Shown here: piece after piece, positions 59,479-64,000 of the stretch
How positions within the stretch are numbered: the stretch's first letter is position 1
How the letters are laid out: each line of letters starts with the position of its first letter
Assembly: GCA_963701075.1 (NCBI GenBank)
Contig: OY969559.1
Coordinates: 1,728,001 to 1,792,000, forward strand
Reading direction: 5' to 3'
Source: an uncultured Nitrososphaerota archaeon
GTDB lineage: Archaea > Thermoproteota > Nitrososphaeria > Nitrososphaerales > Nitrosopumilaceae
DNA length: 64,000 nt
The notes under the pieces: generated by a model
What the model was told of the DNA's origin: nothing
The model's database searches: none
Seen by the model: only the letters and a program-made list of their open reading frames with translations
Position numbers and translations under genes: made by a program

Positions 59479-61612
59479 GTGTTTGCCTTGAGCGCAGTTA
59501 AGAAAGTTTTCGAAGAAACCATATCGACAGACCACAAGGTAATAACAGAAGATCTCTCAAAAGCAGTTTTGAAAAAATATGGAATCAAGGTTCCAGGATA
59601 TGCACTGGTAAATAATGTAAAAGAGGCAACACGTGCAGCCAAAAAACTAGGATTTCCTCTTGTCATGAAAGTAGTATCACCGCAAATTCTTCACAAGACA
59701 GATGTGGGAGGAGTCAAGGTGGGTCTACAAAATGAGAAGGAAGTAAAAAAGGCCTTCACTGACATGTACTCCAGACTCTCCAAGAAGAAAGGTGTGCAGC
59801 TGAAAAGGAATCTTGCTTGAAAAGATGGTCCCACAAGGAGTTGAGCTAATTGTAGGATTACAAAACGACCACCAGTTCGGTCCTGTCATAATGGTAGGAC
59901 TTGGTGGAATCTTGACTGAAATATTCAAGGATGTTGCATTTAGAATGCTTCCAATCAGTATAGACGACGCAAAATCAATGCTTGCTGAATTGAAAGGCTC
60001 CAAGATACTTCAAGGGTACAGAGGCAGCAAGCCAGTTGATCTGAACATGCTTGCAAAGGCACTTGTCCAGATTGGAAAGATAGGAGTTGATAATGCAGAT
60101 TATTTTGACAGCGTTGACTTTAACCCAATTGTGGTATATCCAAAATCATACTATGTTGTAGATGCAAAGATAATTCTAAAAAAAGAGGTACAAAAGGGCG
60201 CAATATCAAAAGCGCAGCCAAACATAGAGTTCATGGAGACATTCTTTACCCCACAATCAGTTGCACTGGTTGGAGCTTCTGCCACGCCAGGAAAGGTAGG
60301 CAACTCTGTGCTTGATAGTATTGCAAAGCATGACTACAAAGGAAAGGTCTATCCAATAAATCCAAAAGCAGATGAGATTCTTGGAATCAAGTGTTATCCA
60401 TCTCTTGAGGCCATACAGGATCCTGTGGATCTTGTTGTAGTATGTGTGGATCTTTCTATTACCGCACCAGTTCTTGAGACGTGTGCAAAGAAGGGAATCC
60501 ACAATGTTGTCATAGTGTCAGGCGGAGGAAAGGAGCTTGGTGGAGAGCGAGCTGCATATGAAGCTGAAATAAAGAGACTCTCAGAGCAAAACAAGATTAG
60601 AATAATTGGTCCAAACTGCATAGGCATGTTCAATGCAGCAAACAGACTGGATTGTGCGTTTCAGGGTCAGGCAAGAATGGTTCGTGCAAAACAAGGTCCA
60701 GTGGCGTTGCTATCGCAGAGTGGAACAATGGGAATCAGTTTCCTTGAGACTGCAGATTCTTTTGGTTTATCTAAAATGGTAAGTTACGGAAACAGGTCAG
60801 ATGTAGATGAGGCTGACATGATTTGGTACTTGGCAAATGACCCACAAACCAAGGTAATTGCACTGTATGTAGAAGGATTTGGAGACGGACGCAAATTCAT
60901 CGAGACCGCAAAACGCGTGATGCAAGAGAAGAAAAAGCCCATTGTCATATGGAAGAGTGGAAGAACAGCACTTGGTGCAAAACAAGCTGCATCTCATACA
61001 GGCTCACTTGGAGGCTCTAACGCAATCATCATGGGCGCCTTCAAGCAAGCTGGCATAATCTCAGTAGAAAGCTATCATGAACTTGCATCTGCTGTCAAAG
61101 GGCTTGCATGGCAGCCACATGCCAAAGGTCCAAGAGTTGCTCTAGTGAGCAACGGAGCAGGTCCAATGATTGGAGCAATTGACCAGTTTGAAAAGTATGG
61201 ATTGGAGCTTGGCAAAGTAACAGAGGCTACACTAAAAGAGATGAAAGAACACTATCCTCCAACATATGTGATTGGAAATGGCAATCCTGCTGATGTCACA
61301 GGTGGTGCAAATGCAGATGATTACCGATATGCAATTCAAAAGTTCATGGACGATCCAAATATCGACATTGTAATGCCGTGGTTTGTATTCCAAGACGATC
61401 CATTAGAGGAGACAATAATTGATTACCTAGGAGAATTCTCAAAGCAAGGAAAAAAGCCATTGCTTGTAGGTGGAAATGGTGGTCCTTATACGCAGAAGGT
61501 GTCAGCACTCATTGAGAAACACAATGTTCCAGTATATGATGACGTTAGAAACTGGGTAGCAGCTGGTGCTGCTCTGTACCAATGGGGAAAGCACAAGCCA
61601 GACAAGGTTTAA
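59479..61612 (+). CDS. ADP-forming acyl-CoA synthetase, probable 3-hydroxypropionyl-CoA synthetase (frameshift near 59805)
   Basis: ATP-grasp HKTDVGGV first, then [25 protein letters not shown]; adjacent to crotonase as in the thaumarchaeal 3HP/4HB cycle. Confidence 0.82.
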
Positions 61613-61638
61613 TTTCCTCTAGTTTTTAGAGTCCCAAC

Positions 61639-62400
61639 ATGTCTCTTGTTATTGTTTCAAAGTCAGATGGAATCTGCACTGTCAAGATAAACAGACCAGA
61701 CAAGCTCAACGCCATGAACATGGATGTTGCAAATGATATCATCAAAGTATTCAAAGAAATAGAAACAGACGATTCAGTAAAGGTAGTAATTCTTACAGGC
61801 GAGGGAGACAAGGCATTCTCTGCAGGTGCAGATATTGCCTACATGTCAACTATTACGCCAATTGAGGCTGAAGCCTATGCCAAGGTTGGCCATCTTTTGA
61901 CTTTTACCGTAGAAAATTGTAGCAGGCCAACAATTGCAGCAATCAATGGATTTGCACTAGGCGGTGGATGTGAACTTGCACTTGCGTGCGACATGAGAAT
62001 AGCTGCAGATACTGCAAGGATAGGCCAGCCCGAGGTGACAATTGGAGTCTGTCCTGGATGGGGCGGTACACAAAGACTGCAGAGAATCATTGGAATATCA
62101 CAGGCAAAGGATTTGATCTATACTGGAAGAATGATAAAGTCAGACGAGGCAAAAGAGATGGGATTGGTAAACAAGGTTGTCGAGCTTGCAAAATTAATGG
62201 AAGAGACTACAAATGTTGCCAAGATGATTGCACAAAACTCTCCCATGGCAGTTAGAATGTCAAAGGTTGCAATAAACAAGGGTAGAAACTCAGATATCGA
62301 TACAGGCCTTGCACTCGAGCTTTACACGTGGGGACTGTGCTTTACACACCCAGATAGAGCCGAGAGAATGACTGCCTTTGTAAACAAGTCAAAGAAATAG
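61639..62400 (+). CDS. enoyl-CoA hydratase, probable 3-hydroxypropionyl-CoA dehydratase/crotonyl-CoA hydratase
   Basis: [28 protein letters not shown]. Confidence 0.88.
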   Translation: MSLVIVSKSDGICTVKINRPDKLNAMNMDVANDIIKVFKEIETDDSVKVVILTGEGDKAFSAGADIAYMSTITPIEAEAYAKVGHLLTFTVENCSRPTIAAINGFALGGGCELALACDMRIAADTARIGQPEVTIGVCPGWGGTQRLQRIIGISQAKDLIYTGRMIKSDEAKEMGLVNKVVELAKLMEETTNVAKMIAQNSPMAVRMSKVAINKGRNSDIDTGLALELYTWGLCFTHPDRAERMTAFVNKSKK

Positions 62401-62481
62401 AAAAACTGCCTTTTACTACCATTCATTCCTAATATGCCCGGTATGAAAAGATTATTATAATTTAGACGCCAAGTTTGACTT

Positions 62482-62832
62482 ATGAGCAATACACAGACAA
62501 CAAAACTTGTCACAATCACACCAAAGGCCGCAGAAAAGGTAACTGCTTTCATGAAAGAGGAAGCAGAGAAACCAGAGTTTCTGAGAGTTTACGTACAGGG
62601 CGGCGGATGCTCGGGATTGTCCTATGGAATGGGCTTTGAAAAACAGGCCGAGGAAGACGATCTCCTGATCGAAGAGAATGGTGTAAAGATGATCGTTGAC
62701 AGTTATAGTGCTGAATACCTCAAAGGCGCAAATATTGACTACATTGAGAGTCTAATGGGCGCGGGATTTAAGATAAACAATCCAAACGTGACCAAGTCAT
62801 GTTCTTGTGGTCACTCGTTTAGCACCTCTTAA
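62482..62832 (+). CDS. HesB/IscA A-type Fe-S carrier
   Basis: GGGCSG and CSCGHSF. Confidence 0.92.
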   Translation: MSNTQTTKLVTITPKAAEKVTAFMKEEAEKPEFLRVYVQGGGCSGLSYGMGFEKQAEEDDLLIEENGVKMIVDSYSAEYLKGANIDYIESLMGAGFKINNPNVTKSCSCGHSFSTS

Positions 62833-62881
62833 ATTCAGATCTTTTAATTTTTATTTTATGATATCTACTGGAAAGAATATT

Positions 62882-63109
62882 TCAGACCACAATTAGTGTC
62901 ATCGTAGTAAGGACATGGGGCACTTTGCGTATGTATCCTGTAACGGCCTTCTCCAGAGTCATTGAATCATTAGATTCTACTTCTACAATCACATCATATA
63001 GGCCAAGAACCCCAGTGACATTTTTTATTTCCTTTATCTCGGTAAGTTTTCGAATTACCTGCGACTCTTTTCCAGTCTCACAATGAATAACTACAAACGC
63101 CTTGGTCAT
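62882..63109 (-). CDS. stand-alone Lrp/AsnC ligand-binding domain protein
   Basis: AFVVI...GLYDVIV...TTMTL. Confidence 0.82.
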   Translation of the reverse strand: MTKAFVVIHCETGKESQVIRKLTEIKEIKNVTGVLGLYDVIVEVESNDSMTLEKAVTGYIRKVPHVLTTMTLIVV

Positions 63110-63137
63110 TGCATCATCCGAAAATAAAGAATTTTGT

Positions 63138-64000
63138 TTACGGCCAGAGGCCTCTTGCGTCGTATGCCTCTAAGACTCGTCCCACGGCAAGCACCATGCT
63201 TGCTTTTCTCATGTCCACATTGTGCTTCTTAGATAAGGCAAGTGTGTCATGGAATCCCTTGACAATGTGGTGTTCCATCTTGCCTGCCACCTCGTCAAAT
63301 GGCCAGTAGTATCTCTGCAAGTTCTGCACCCATTCCAGGTATGAAATGCATACGCCTCCAGAGTTTGCCAGTATATCTGGAATGACTGTTATCTTGTTCT
63401 TGAATAAAATCTCATCAGCTTCTGGTGTTGTCGGGCCATTTGCTGCCTCTGCAACTATCTTACAGTCAACATTTTTTGCAATCTGTGGAGTTATCTGATT
63501 TTCAAGAGCTGCCGGTACCAATATGTCACATGGAGTAGTGAGAAGCTGTTCTGTAGAGATCTTTTTGCTTCCGGGATACCCTACTACGCTTCCATTCTTG
63601 TTCTTGTACTCTAATACTTTTTTGGAATCTAGCCCCTTTGTGTTTATTATAGAACCTTTAGAGTCACTGACTGCAATTATTTTTGCACCCATTTTTTCCA
63701 TATACTCTGCAGAATATGTTGCTGCATTGCCGTATCCTTGCACTACAACCTTTGCGCCTTTTAGTCTCAGTCCAAGTTTCTTGGCAGCTTCTCTTACACA
63801 GTATGAGACACCAAGACCTGTTGCAACATTTCTTGCCTGGGAACCTCCTATAGAAAGCGGTTTACCAGTAATTACAGCAGGCTCTCCTTGTCCGTGCATC
63901 ACACTGTAGACATCCATTATCTGCGCCATCTCCTTTCCTGTAGTGTAAACATCGGGAGCAGGCACATCTTTGCCAGGTCCTATTATTTCAGAAATAGCAT
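63138..64000 (-). CDS. gdhA: glutamate dehydrogenase (5' part beyond window end)
   Basis: DVPAPDV, ITGKP, QGYGN, EAANGP, PDILANSGGV, SYLEWVQN. Confidence 0.92.
   Translation of the reverse strand, partial: AISEIIGPGKDVPAPDVYTTGKEMAQIMDVYSVMHGQGEPAVITGKPLSIGGSQARNVATGLGVSYCVREAAKKLGLRLKGAKVVVQGYGNAATYSAEYMEKMGAKIIAVSDSKGSIINTKGLDSKKVLEYKNKNGSVVGYPGSKKISTEQLLTTPCDILVPAALENQITPQIAKNVDCKIVAEAANGPTTPEADEILFKNKITVIPDILANSGGVCISYLEWVQNLQRYYWPFDEVAGKMEHHIVKGFHDTLALSKKHNVDMRKASMVLAVGRVLEAYDARGLWP

Noticed and set aside
2980-61612. Frameshifts in truD, Trx-NHL, serA, ssuA-like, argC, lysX, ribK, GATase and the acyl-CoA synthetase as pseudogenisation or programmed recoding
   Set aside because: They hit many probably essential genes, each as a single-base shift with otherwise intact sequence; uncorrected sequencing/assembly indels are the simplest explanation.

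Overview
64 kb of an ammonia-oxidising archaeon chromosome (Nitrososphaeria; gene content and protein style suggest a Nitrosotalea/Nitrosopumilales-type organism, which is an inference). Core functions: nirK, rpl15e/31e/39e, split B12-dependent methionine synthase, a sulfonate/nitrate-type ABC transporter, the LysW/ArgW lysine-arginine cluster, dph5, dnaG, riboflavin kinase, the 3-hydroxypropionyl-CoA synthetase/dehydratase pair of the 3HP/4HB cycle, and gdhA. About ten core genes carry single-base frameshifts, probably assembly errors. Accessory content: (1) a 1278-bp element encoding only an intact-looking TnpB but bounded by perfect 24-bp terminal inverted repeats and an 8-bp target-site duplication, i.e. 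DDE-transposon ends rather than IS200/IS605 ends; (2) a ~9.8-kb tyrosine-recombinase integrated element with a virus/plasmid-like operon, a ~450-bp highly structured GC-rich region and a cargo zone; (3) a family of at least six dispersed hairpin repeats directly downstream of unrelated cargo genes, in this element and in a second surface-protein island at 53-59 kb, resembling gene-cassette recombination sites; (4) complete IS5- and IS701-family elements with TIRs and TSDs. All calls come from reading the sequence by eye; no database searches or folding programs were run.
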